DNA from: Felis catus
Lineage: Eukaryota
DNA: 64,000 bases
Assembly (NCBI RefSeq): GCF_018350175.1
Contig: NC_058368.1
Coordinates: forward strand, 106,766,001 to 106,830,000
Direction of reading: 5' to 3'
Shown: positions 51,981 to 64,000 of the stretch, one piece after another
Layout: each line of letters opens with the position of its first letter
How positions within the stretch are numbered: position 1 is the stretch's first letter
Notes under the pieces: model-generated
Seen by the model: the letters and a program-made list of their open reading frames with translations, nothing else
The model's database searches: none
What the model was told of the DNA's origin: nothing
Translations under genes and position numbers: made by a program

Positions 51981-54072
51981 TACATTTGTTTATTATATGT
52001 GCCCCATAATTATTGGAAGAACAGGGTTTATCCTGTTTTTGCATTGCTATATGTTCAACATTGTGAACAGTCCCTGAACAGAGTAGGCACTTAATAAGTT
52101 AGGTGAATGAATTTTCTAGTGATCTCCTTGGGATAATAATACTTTATTCACTAGGCTTTATTTATCATCCGTATGCCAGAGGAACACAGATGTTTATCTC
52201 CCACCCAGATCTCTCTGTCCTGAGCCCCTTCGTTGCTTACCCATCCGTTGCATGGACATCTTCACTCAACGTCTCATTATTTCTAACTCAGCATGCCCCT
52301 TTCCTTTCTGTCTCAGTCCTGCATCTGCTTCTCTCCCTGTGCTCTGTCACATGGAACGGTATCACGATCGGTCTGATTCCCAAGCTAAGCTAGGACCATT
52401 CTTCCTCAGTCTCCATCCCTGTAATCAAGTAGCAAACCCTCTTTGTCCAAAGCGTTCTCCTGCCAGAACGTTTGTTCGTGTTTGCACTGGATTCTCAAAC
52501 ACCTTCCTCCCCTCTCTCGCCAGTCTTCTACAGCCCGTGCTCCACTTTTCAGCCAGACTGGCCCTTTAAAGGCTGGATATGTCAACCACTGTGCCACGTG
52601 GCACCCTTCCGTGAGCCCCGCTGCTCTCGGGACCAATCTCAGATGTAACTGCCTCTGGTTGCTAAGGCCCTTTGCGTGACTGTCCCTTTATCTTCTCTTG
52701 CCTGGGGTCACCGTCCCCTTCTGTGTCCTCCAGCACAGACAGGCGACTTCCAGTCCATCCCTCACACACAGTGTGCTCTCTTGTGCCTGGGCCTGTACAC
52801 ATGCTGGTTTCTCAGCCTAATACCTTTTCTTTCTCAGGCTTTGGTCTGTCTCTCCCCATTTATTTCCCTGAAAAATGGCTCTTGATTTTTTGGACTCAGT
52901 TTATGTCAGGTCCTCTAGGAAAAAAGAATCTCCCTGATCCTCCAAATTGGGTATGTGCTCCTCACAAGCACCTTATTGTAGCAGATTTTGAGGTGTCTGT
53001 ACTCTCTCTATGTCTGTGCTGAGTGGACAGACTGGCAAATATTAAGCTTCTGATGAGTATTTGTTGCATAATTTTGAATATATATGCCATACCTTTTTAT
53101 AGTAGGAACAATATGACTATTCAAATAATGAAAATCGTCATCAGATCACTTGAGGGTCAATCCTATCTCTGCCTCTAACTGGCTGTTCAATTTGATAATA
53201 TTAAATTCATTTGAAACCTGTTCATTCATATGTGAAATAAGACAGAGGAAACAGGTTTTCTCCAGAGTGTAAAAAAAAAAAAAAAATTGGGATGGGATGG
53301 GGGCCAATTTAAAATATTAAAGCCAGTGGAAATCACAATTTTAAAAGCCCCTACCTCTTATAAAATGATGTGTATCATCAGAATGATCCACAATAAATAT
53401 TTACATAATTAGCAGGTTAGCATTTTTTATAATTTTGTGACACATATCAATCAAACATGTTGGTCCATAGCATAAAGAAAGTACACAACCGTGGTCTTTG
53501 CGTTATATAGCACTATGGAAGAAATTGAAACATCTAATTCTTTGAAAAAAACTCCAAGTCTTAATAACATATGAGACCTTAAAATGCAAGGGGATTTTTC
53601 TGTTATTCTTATGTAATACATGAATCTGTGGCTAGGCAAATTAAATACAGGGTATCAATGCCATAGTGAACAGTTATTTTTAGAGAAAAAAGATGCATGG
53701 CTTTAGCATTCAGGTATTTTACATACACTGTGCTGAAATTTGGCTGAAATCCATGTTTAATGCATATCTTGGAAAGGGTTGGTCTCTTAAATCAAGACAA
53801 AGCCTGCCTGCCAAGGAAGTACTGGCTTGTTACAAGGATCACTATAATGTCACAATCTCAAGGGTATACTCCAGGAAGGAAGATTGGTGTCAAATGTTTA
53901 TGTCATCTGTAAAGCACAGTGAATTGACAATACGCTGTAAAAGAAGAAATAGAAAGATTTTTATCTGAATTCTCGCTTGGAATGTGAATGGAATTTTCTA
54001 GACTAACTCCTTTCCACATTATTCATATATTTGGTTTGCTCCTCTCTTCAATGAAAACTCCGGAAAGAGAAG

Positions 54073-54108
54073 TATATATATATATATATACATATATATA
54101 TGTACATA

Positions 54109-54160
<52 letters not shown>
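54073..54160. repeat. Interrupted (TA)n microsatellite, about 88 bp
   Basis: Read directly. Confidence 0.95.
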
Positions 54161-54161
<1 letters not shown>

Positions 54162-55587
54162 CTTTTAAAGCGTTGCAATTATAGCAGCTGTTTTTAAGTC
54201 CAAAGATATGACATAGTAAGCAGTCATTGAATAAACATAACCTACTTTGAGGTGTGAGAGCATACTGAAATGCTTTATTGCAGCTTATAATGGCATCTTA
54301 AAGGAAAATTTCAAAACCATGCACATTGAAGGCCATGTTCCAACTCCCCAGAATTGTTCAGAGCAGTATTCAGAAGCCACATGTGAAAACTGTTTGAAAT
54401 GTTCAATTCTGAAGGCTCATTTAACTGTCTGTCTTCTCTTTGCAAAGTGATACCCTGTTCCATGCCTCTGGCTGTTATTTGGTATTTATAGAATCCCATC
54501 AGCATACGTGGAACTTTACTGAAGACATAAGCGAAGATCAGTGTCAAAGACTGTAAACTATTTTCCATTCTATTTATATGAGCTTAATAAACAGCAAAGG
54601 GCCTGACTGGTATCAAGCCAATAGAGTAGTAATGTAGCATGGAAATTGCTCTGAAGTTTCAGATTTGGATAATTCTACTACTGGTGTTACCAAATACTAC
54701 AGTTCTTCTGTAGGATACTTAGAAATAGAAACAGCACTTTAAAAATATTTTGCCACTCTTGACTGAGCCTGATAGGCACGCCTTTTAACTCTAACCACCC
54801 TACCTTCTTGCTTAATGAAGCCCTGAAGAAGACTGCCAGCTATTCAAACACTCTCCACCTAGGATGGTGTTTCTTAACCTACATATCATGTATACTGGCA
54901 TGCTTTCTGAGTAAGCAATAAAGGGAGTTGAGTCCTAGCTAGCACATGTGCATTCCAGGGAACGTTCTCATGGGATTCTGTTGCATTTCTAAACATCCTT
55001 GTAATGGAAAATCCTAGGAGAATTGCTCATCTTAGAAATTCTTCTTTCTCCCTTTAGTAAGTTTGCAATTAGAAAACACCAAATGTATAGGATTGAAAAT
55101 TAGTGTATTGGAATGTAGAAGTGACATGTGAAGAAAGTTTTCATCAGTAAGTAAATCTGAAATAGGCAGAATTCTGATATGTACTTAAGAGGCAGTTCAT
55201 TCCAAAGGATATGAGCAAAAATCAGTGGTTGGTGTGTAAAATATCTGCGGGCAAGAATGATCAGTTTGTACGTGGTAGAGGTTTGGTGCCAGAAAATAAT
55301 AAGTGATACATTTTGAAAATAATTTGAAGACATATTTCTTAAGGAGATAACTATTCATTGGATATCTATTTTTTCCCAGGCGTCCTCTCATTTTCTGCTC
55401 ATAACTACTGTAGAATTGCATTACAGTTCACATCACTGTATTCACTGCATTCACAGTTCACTGATGTGAACATCAGTTCACATCAAATTATACTTTGTAC
55501 TCAACAACGTTCTGAAAAATAAAGCTTGAGATAAAAATACTTATGGAGTAACTTGTGCTCATTTTTTTTTATCCGCTCTGTGTGTAG

Positions 55588-55715
55588 AAAAACCATGTGC
55601 CTTGTTTTGCTCTCCTGTTGGGAAAGAACAGCCTATCCTTCTATCAGAAAAAGTAATGGATGGAACCTCATGTGGATATCAGGGATTAGATGTCTGTGCA
55701 AATGGCAGGTGTCAG
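55588..55715 (+). CDS. ADAMTS19: ADAMTS19 exon, cysteine-rich domain (EKPCALFCSPVGKEQPILLSEKVMDGTSCGYQGLDVCANGRCQ)
   Basis: gtgtag|A acceptor, CAG|gtaaga donor; 128 nt, phase 1 to 0; PC.L.C, V.DGT.C and C.NG.C motifs. Confidence 0.95.
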
Positions 55716-56218
55716 GTAAGACATTTAAGAAGGGGGACGATGTGCTGAAGGAGGCTATGAGTGCCTTTGGGTAACTGCACAGTATGGTGGAAAACTCTGT
55801 GCCCAGACTCAAAAGCTATGGATTTAGTTCTCACTCAGCTGTCATCCTGAGCAAGTCTGATGTGCTTTGAAACCCCTTGTCTTCAGAAACCAAGGGTTTG
55901 GACTAGATCATCTTAAAATCCATGACCAGCTGAAAGACCCTGAGATTTTAATTCTATAGTGTAAATATTATGCATCTAAAATGGCATTTTCTGTCAAAAT
56001 ATTCCAGACCCAAAATTCAAGCACTGCACTTCTCCATATCTTGTGTCCAAGGCTGAACCGTGTGGCAAAAACCTATAAAATCCATCCTATTACTCACTTA
56101 ATATTGAAGCATTTTCAACATACTGGAAACAACTGATTTTCAAATATATATTCAGTTTTCTTATAATGCTTAAACATCTCATTTGCTTATATCTTTCTTT
56201 TTAAAAACCATTTCCATT

Positions 56219-56429
56219 GGGGCACCTGGGTGGCTCAGTCGGTTGAGCTGCCGGCTTGGGCTCAGGTCATGATCTCACGGCTCATGGGTTTGAGCCCTGC
56301 ATCAGGCTCTGTACTGACAGCTCAGATTCTGGAGCCCGCTTCGGATTCTGTCCCTCTCTCTGTGTTCCTCCCCCGCTTGCTCTCTCTCTATCTCTCTTTC
56401 TCTCTTTCAAAAATAAAGATTAAAAAAAA
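56219..56429 (+). mobile_element. SINEC_Fc
   Basis: SINE consensus. Confidence 0.92.
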
Positions 56430-56574
56430 TCTCCATTTGCTACATGCATTGATGCACTCTTCACTTATCTTGAGAAAAGTAGAAATTCTCTTATAGCAAG
56501 TGTGGACAGCAGAGTGGGAGAGATCAAAGGCTAGAAGTTAGAAGTTGCTGCTTATAATTCTACCGCTATCTCAA

Positions 56575-56969
56575 ATTGGCTTTCCCTGGGAGATTAATAA
56601 ACTGAGAGGTTAATGCCAAGTGTCTGTATGATCACCATCCATGCTGGGAGGGGAAGGAGCCAGGGTCAGGCACAGGGAGAAAGTGTGCTATGGTACAGTC
56701 ACAACAGGCTACCATGTGAGCTGGGATGGCTCTTCAGAGTTGTCCTCATTTGGGGTGAGAAAACCAGGCCTTTTTACCCTTAGCATCTACTCGTGGCTGG
56801 ATGCAAGCTGCCCTAGGAGGGAGATGGGACCTGAGGAAAGGCAGTTTTCTTCCGTCTAGGCAATTTCTGATGAGAGCCATTGGCTAATGAACTTAATGGG
56901 CATGGGAAGGAAATAAATCCCTTAGTTAGGAAAGAAGCATCTGAGTGGAGCGGTACTGAATCCATGACA
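56575..56969. mobile_element. ERVL solo LTR remnant (LTR16-like)
   Basis: gagctgggatggc.cttcagagttgtcc, ggcctttttaccc, ggatgc..gctgccc and atcca.gaca end resemble recalled LTR16A. Confidence 0.65.
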
Positions 56970-57052
56970 GCCACTAAGAAATGACATTCTTATGAAAATC
57001 ACTGAAAATGTGTTATACACCTATTAACCAGTCTGTCAAATGAAGTTGGTAA

Positions 57053-57240
57053 ACCAATGGTCATTGACTTTTTTGTACAATACACTCCTTTGAGAATCTG
57101 ATGAAAGGTTTCCTTTTTTCCCCAGAAAAATGCACACCTGTGCATACATACACACATGCACATGTGCCCAAATTTGAAAACATGTACAAGGTGTGGGTGG
57201 ACCAACCTGTGTTCCAGTAGAGACCTACGGAACTCTGGGT
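57053..57240. mobile_element. Old hAT-Charlie-type MITE remnant
   Basis: cctttgagaatctgatgaaag...ccccagaaaaatgcac motif typical of old mammalian MITEs; family not pinned down. Confidence 0.55.
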
Positions 57241-57998
57241 AAAAACTTGGAAACAACATGGAACTTAAATGCTTTACCAACTCTAAGATTTTATGTTTTG
57301 CCAGCATTCTATAGAATTGAAAGCACAGAATCATGTAATACATTGGCATAAGAAACAGTCTTATAATTACATATTAATTTCCTTTATTCTTTAACAGCTT
57401 GTGTCAGTTACCTGAAATGTAATTTTTTCATTCGCCTGTAAAAAAAAACATTGCAGACATTTACCTATACATGTTTTGTTTTCAGACCTGAATGTTGTGC
57501 AGTTAAAGCTTTTAACTTTATTTCGTCACTATATGTAAGTCTGTCAGATTAAAGTTTGTCTTCAGTGCATTTATTTTTCAAAAAAAAGTATTTTCCTAAC
57601 TATATATGCTAAATACAATAGCCTAAATTGCCCATGTTTTCACTTAACAGTATTGTGTAAGCTAGATATTTTTACAGAGTTCCTAGCTAGACATCAAAAT
57701 TAAAACAACAGCAACAAAAAAAATTCTGCGTAAGTGCCACGTGAATCTGATGGTTACAATTAAGTTCCACGAAATGGATTGTGACTTCTGACAGAATTGG
57801 AATACTTCAACATTCTGGCTTTTAACTAAAATGCTACATTCAGTCTTTCCATATAATTAAAAGCATGCTACTTTTTTTCTTTCTGACGACCTCCTGTTTT
57901 TCAGGTTTCGCTACACAAAATACATAGCACCAAAACTGAATGTACAATTGTAAACTTGGAGAGGGACGAAGAAGGGCAGTTGAAAATAGATAGCTTTT

Positions 57999-58212
57999 GG
58001 GGTGCCTGGGTGGCTCAGTTGGTTAAGTGTCTGACTGTTGGTTTTGGCTCAGGTCATAATCTCATGGTTTGTGAGTTCGAGCCCCACATCAGGGTCTGTG
58101 CTGACAGTGCAGAGCCTGCTTAGGATTCTCTCTCTCCCTCTCCCTCTGCCCCTCCCCTGCACTCTCTCTCTCTCTCAAAATAAATAAATGAACTTTAAAA
58201 TTTTTAAAAAAA
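57999..58212 (+). mobile_element. Can-SINE
   Basis: SINE consensus; short flank match atagcttt on both sides. Confidence 0.92.
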
Positions 58213-59947
58213 GAAGAAAATAGCTTTCTCCTCGTGACCCATTTTGTCTCCGTGATATTTCTGTCCTAGAAAAGGATAGAAAAAGCTGTCTTCTGTGTTA
58301 TGTTATCTGCCCATCTCCAGGACACCAGTGGTATTTCAGGTGGCCACCCCAATTAAATTACATTACCTTCTCAAAGGCATTCATCCTCAATGTCTGGAGA
58401 TATATAAGCATATTGTGATAAGTATGGGTACTTGACACTAAATTACAAAATAAAAAATCTTTGATTCTTATTTTTAAAATCCATGATTGTTGAGCTATGA
58501 CATTATGTCTATCCCTGGCTTTTATATTAGGTGGACAGAATTATAGTATCCCAGTTACAAGGGTTGGAAAAAAATTAATAAACCAGTAGGTACTAATTTA
58601 TTCAGTCATTTAACTACTATTTATTGGGTTTATTGTATTTGCCAAGAAACAAACTAGGGATAGAGCATTAGAGTTGTTTTTTTTTTTTCCATTTCAAAAC
58701 CACTCTACACTCTACTGTAAATTTGTCCTCATTTGTATGTAAATGAGATTTTTTTTTTTGCCCCTCACACCAGGACTTTCAGGTCTTTTCATGGCTCCCG
58801 CTTAGTGAGCTCTTACCCTACCTTTGTTGTATTTTGAGAATTTCCTGTGGTGGCCACCTCTTTCATCCACAGACATTCTTTTTATTTCTCCCTGAATACG
58901 CTTTGATTTGCAGATCAAGCTTCTCTACTAATGCATTGCTTTGCTACCTCTTGACAGTGATATATCCCCCTGGATAAAAGGAAAGGATGCTATATTATGC
59001 AGGTTTAATGTGATTTTTGCCTTCTCAGGATATTCATCATCCGCTTGCACCACCAACACTAACCACAGAAAAAAAACCTGTTTTTGTTCCTGTTTCATAT
59101 AATATTTTTAAAATTCCTCTAAAATAATTATAACTTGCTACAAATGGATGTATCATCAATCTCTCGCAAGTCCTTCTTGGCTAAGGATAATTGTGTAATC
59201 CAACCATTTATTTATGACAGTATTGACATATTAATTTCTGCCCTTTGAGTATGCAGAACATTGCATACTTATTTATAATCATATTTTCTGAACATCAGTG
59301 GGAGACCAGCATTATTCACTAGAAAGGAGTCGATGATTTTATCCCAGAAGATTCATATTAATGTAATTCCTCTGGAAGCAAATTAAAATGAATGTCCCCG
59401 CTGTTCATATTTTCTTATAGCAGCTGTGCTAGATGCCAAAGAATGTGAGGATAGAAGTTTGTTCATGAACTATGGTGAAAATAAACATATGTTTGATTTT
59501 CACAAAGTTAATCTTTAATAATTGAGCATTTGCTTTGGAATCACTTTAAGAAGTGAAGCCTTCTATATATGAGTATATCTGTTCTATGTTAAGTAGAGTG
59601 AAGTAGATTAATCATGTTATATTTAATAGAAATGTGATTTCCTTGGGGATTTATATAAATTGCATTTGTCTCAATATTGTTTTTTTCCAAATTGCTTTAA
59701 GATACCATTTAATTCTTACTGTGAGAAAAATATTCTCATTGCTGTCCTGCTCTTTGGTCACTTTACCAATGATATCATTTGACACAAGCTTGCTCTGTTA
59801 ATTTGCACCAGAGAATATGACATTTTGCTCATTTGTCAATTAAATGTGTCTAGTGTGTAGATACTAGGTTCCTTCTAAATTAGTGGTTAAAAAAGCTAAA
59901 GTGGAAAAAAACTCACTTTATAATGTACTGTCAATCTCTTGTTACAG

Positions 59948-60068
59948 AAGGTTGGCTGTGATGGTTTTTTAGGGTCCCTTGCAAGGGAAGATCACTGTGG
60001 TGTATGCAATGGCAATGGAAAATCATGCAAAATTATTAAAGGAGATTTTAATCACACCAGAGGAGCAG
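59948..60068 (+). CDS. ADAMTS19: ADAMTS19 exon, end of cysteine-rich domain and start of spacer ([41 protein letters not shown])
   Basis: ttacag|AAG acceptor, CAG|gtaatt donor; 121 nt, phase 0 to 1; VGCD..LGS...D.CGVC.G.G.SC motif. Confidence 0.96.
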
Positions 60069-63000
60069 GTAATTATTCTTTTAATTCTTTTCAAAAAAAA
60101 ATAAATCTAAACAGTCTTTGGGAAAGAGATTACATGGAAGTTGACTTAGAAATCACAGTTCTGACTCCATCATTGAAGACTTTTTTAATGGATAGGGAAT
60201 GAGTTTTCGTGTTGACATACAATACCTGTGACATGAGCCAGAGACTCTAACAAGCCCATGTCCCATTAATGTAAATATGAAGTCATCTGTTATGCATTTA
60301 ATATATTGGAGCAGAAAGGGAATAATCTAATTTGCATTGGCTAATGCTATCAGGTTTCTAGAGATCTTATTCTCCAATGCAAAGCCTGATGTCTAACAGA
60401 GAATAATGATTTCTAACAGCGTGGAACAGCTATTGAGAGTATTAGTCTTCAGGTTTTCAGCCTTCTATTTTGTTTTTTGGGGTTTTTTTTATAATGTTTT
60501 TATTCACTTTGAAGGAATAGTATTTTGGAAACAGAGTCTATAGCAGTGTAGCATAGTGGAAATGATAACAGGGAGAATCAGAAGATGTTCCAGATATATG
60601 AATAGTGGAAAGTCATCCTTTCTTCTCTTGTTTCATCATCTCTAAGTACCAGTACTCAGGGGATGGAAGAATGAAATGACCATCAATGATCTATGTAGTG
60701 TGAGTTTTAAAGTGACCCACCACAAAAAGTGATACTGTCTGTACTGAAATATAATAACCTACAGATTTGCTTTATATCCAGAAAACACCTTACACTCAGG
60801 TCCTCAAGCATACTGGGAGGAAGCAGACGTTTACATTAGTATCTTACCTGGATGTCTGTCTTTTAAACTATCTTATATTTATGATTATAATTTCATCATT
60901 ATTAGCATGCTTAGACTACATACCTCAGCTTGTTCCTATTTTAAATTCTTTTCTTGTTCAAATATCAAAAAAACCTGAGACTAAAGTATGTATTAGTTTG
61001 AATACTAAGAACAACCATTTGTGTTTGAATAATCAAGATAGCGGAGTTCCTCTAGGTAAAAGAGTCCTTCGGAAAAGAAAATTAGACACAGCCCTCTAAA
61101 GTTGAATGTAACCTTTTGCTAGGCCCCAGCAGAATAAAAGATAAGTGAGCTTGGAGATCTTAAAGCCTAAAAATAACTGAGGCCCAGGGTAAAGTGTAGA
61201 TCAAAACTCTCAACCTCCAAAGCTGTGAAAAATGTGACAGGTCCTACAAGTCAAAATCTGCCAGAGCTCATTTAGAAAAGTCATACTTAACTGTAATAGC
61301 CTCTCAGACTTTCAACTAAGAAGTACAATTATAATAACCTTTCCAGGATGATTGTAGCAGAGGAGGGTTTCCAGTATGAAGTTAAAATGAAGCCTGAAAG
61401 ACCAAAGGGGTTTAAAGATACAAGAATTTTTGATGACTATTCTTGCATGGTTATTTACTATGCATGGAAACAGTTCACCGAATTATTGATAGGCATTCAG
61501 CACTGATATCTTTATTTAGTTGTAATAACACTTTTTTTTCCCACCGAACATATAAAAGAGAAATACCAGTTTAAAAATTGCTTTCCTTTCTGACTGTAGT
61601 TATGTGGATACATTTTCCCCCAGATTCTTACTTCAAACCTCCTTTGTTTTTACTGCACTTTAATTTCTACTTTTGTTCATTTGTTCATTTGCTGTTGGTA
61701 ACTCGTGTTCATGGAATCTATTATTTGGAAAATGTCTGAGATGCCTAAGATACTGAGAATATCAGAGAATATTAATGTTGCTTTCCTCCTTCCAGATATA
61801 TGCTAGCTTCACATGGCTCTCAGGGAAAAAACTAGAATTGTTAGTTTGGACCGTGAAGTCCTGCATGGTGTTGTACCTACCTGTCTCTCCGACATCGACT
61901 CACACCATCATCCCTTTCCTTCCCAAATTTCTTACAGATGTTCAAATGACCATGCTCCCTTCAGGACCTTGCATTTAAAAATATGGCTCTTTTAGCTTTC
62001 TCTTAGCTTTGCTGGTTAATTCTAGACATCACTTAGATCTCAGTTCAGATGTCACTCCTTCGGTGAGCAATGAAAACCTCTACCCCCATCACTAACAACT
62101 ATTTTAGTGACACTATATTTGTATCCATATGGTGAGGTTCTAATCACATTTGTAAGTTTACATTTATTAATTTTTCTTTCCCTGCTAGTCTTTAAGATTA
62201 ATGAGGAAAAATCTCATGATTATTTTTAACTCTATATTCCCAATGACCAGCACAGTGTATGATCCATTAATATTTATCAATGTAATTCATAATGAAACAT
62301 TATATTTTAGGAAGTTTTAAAAACAAAAATCTGTATGAGCCCTTAATTATATCGTGGGCTTCATCTCCTTGTGATTTAGGGAATGTTTTGTACATTTCTC
62401 TTCAGACAATTTTATCCTTATGTTTATGGACTTCCTAGAATTTCTTGAAGGAATTGTAGCCTTATTTGGTCCAGTTGGCCATGGACACTGTATATATATA
62501 CTGTATGAGTAACACATGTGCAGACACATGTGGGTGTTTTCAGTCCCTGTGCTCTATTTAGAGTTTGTTAAATCATTTTTCTTGGAGCTAGAAAATAAAC
62601 TTGAGGAGGTTTTTTTTTTCTTTTTCTTAGTGCATTTATCATGTCTCATTGTAACTTGCCTAGATGTGGGATAATTTTTAAAGGAATTTTTAAAGATAAA
62701 TTGTATATTTGGCTGATAATAGAACTAGATAGTTATCAGTATACACTAAGAAGAAAATGGGCATAAAATGTGTTATTCTTAGCATAAGAGATGATGATAC
62801 TGATCCTGTATAAGGAACACATCCTCTCAGACTTTTTGTTTGTATGTTTGGCACAGCAGTGGAGAGTCATAGTGTTATGGATTCTCTTGCATGAAATAAT
62901 AGCAGCGGGTCATAGCTCAAAGTCCATAGTGGAATCAGACAGATCTTAGGTCACAGCTTCAGTCACCTAATTATTGTGAAAGCAGTCTTGAAAATGGTAA

Positions 63001-63362
63001 TTTTTCCCTTTCCCTTTATTTTCTCATCTATCAAATGAGAAATGTAGTATCTACTTTGGATGTTACCCTTATGACTAAATGAATAATTATGTAAATTGCC
63101 TACAATAGTGACTAGCACATAGCTAGTCACAGTCTGACGTTTATCATTATTACTACCATGAAGATAGTGATTGCTGTTGGCATTTTAATAGGTCTGTTTA
63201 AGAATGGAATCTCTGGTTATTAAATAGGATGTTCCTGTGAACAAAGCCAACTCTCCAACATGAGGATCAAATTTACAATTTTGACATCACAGACTTTATT
63301 CCAACTACTAAACTTGGCAGTAGCCACTCTCATATTCACTGCTTTAAAAAAATGCACATTCT

Positions 63363-63606
63363 GGGGCACCTGGGTGGCTCAGTTGGTCAAGCAACCAACT
63401 CCTGATTTCGGCTTAGATCACGAGCTCGTGGTTCATGGGATTGAGACCCGCGTCAGGCTCTGCCCTCATAGCAAAGAGCCTGCTTGGGATTCTCTCTCTC
63501 CCTCTCTCCCTATGCCCTTCCCCTGCTGGTGCTCTTTCTTTCTCTCCCTAAATAAATAAATAAACCTTTAAGAAGTAAAATAATAAAATAAAAAATAAAT
63601 TTAAAA
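63363..63606 (+). mobile_element. Can-SINE
   Basis: SINE consensus; TSD core TGCACATTCT on both sides. Confidence 0.92.
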
Positions 63607-64000
63607 CTGCACATTCTCAATCATGCTAAATGACTTACCTACTGAAAAATATCTAGGTCCCCATTCATTGGCCATCTCTCTTCAAATCATTTTGCTCTGT
63701 ATTTCTCTTTCTCCCTTTTTTCTTGAAATTCCGTCTAACTCATCTGTCCTTTAAGCGATTCCAGTTGAGTAATGACACTTGCTCTAGATAGAACTATAAA
63801 CGTAGACATAACCTACTGTCCTAATGTACAACAAACCTCTGAGTTTACTGCTAAACTCAAATAGGAATTTACAGTAACTCCCTCTACTTCTCTCTCTCTC
63901 TCTCTCCTCTTCTTTCTTAACATCCTGAAATTTAATATCTTCTCCAAATACTTGATTAAGTTACTTTGCTCAGAGATGAATAGTCACCTCTTGATTGTGA

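Larger units (their letters stand above)
50300..53080 (+). mobile_element. Degraded LINE-2 fragments, interrupted by an L1 and two SINEs
   Basis: L2 motifs (ttgcagtagcctctaaatggtct, gagtaggcacttaataa, ccagatctctct..tgagc, gagtatttgttg); boundaries approximate. Confidence 0.6.

Noticed and set aside
52103..53022. Cluster of overlapping ORFs
   Set aside because: Explained by locally higher GC in L2-like DNA; no protein similarity visible.
2413..63559. Many 60-125 aa ORFs with recurring peptides (MAQSV..., GSGHDL, SLSLSL, ERERER)
   Set aside because: Translations of Can-SINE consensus and microsatellites, not genes.
2422..63606. tRNA-like A/B boxes
   Set aside because: All belong to SINE heads; I found no complete tRNA gene.

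Overview
Mammalian (felid, from the Felis-type SINEC_Fc/Can-SINE repeats) genomic DNA lying entirely inside one + strand protein-coding gene, ADAMTS19. Eight internal coding exons (1321-1426, 25361-25501, 26956-27106, 41241-41342, 47179-47309, 48172-48344, 55588-55715, 59948-60068) all have GT-AG boundaries and join in frame by hand. They encode the zinc-binding end of the metalloprotease domain, the disintegrin-like domain, the central TSP1 repeat, the cysteine-rich domain and the first residues of the spacer. The introns hold about 28 tRNA-derived SINEs (many with readable target-site duplications), degraded L1/L2/MIR, solo LTRs, DNA-transposon MITEs and microsatellites. Nearly all ORFs in the supplied track are SINE or chance ORFs. 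I see no new gene system. The most unusual structures are DNA-repair and retrotransposition scars: a 160-bp near-perfect templated copy from about 900 bp upstream pasted into a young SINE with microhomology at both ends, a snap-back patchwork just upstream of an exon, a double-headed SINE, and two CpG-rich patches in ancient L2-like DNA. Repeat family names come from my recollection of consensus sequences, not from a search.
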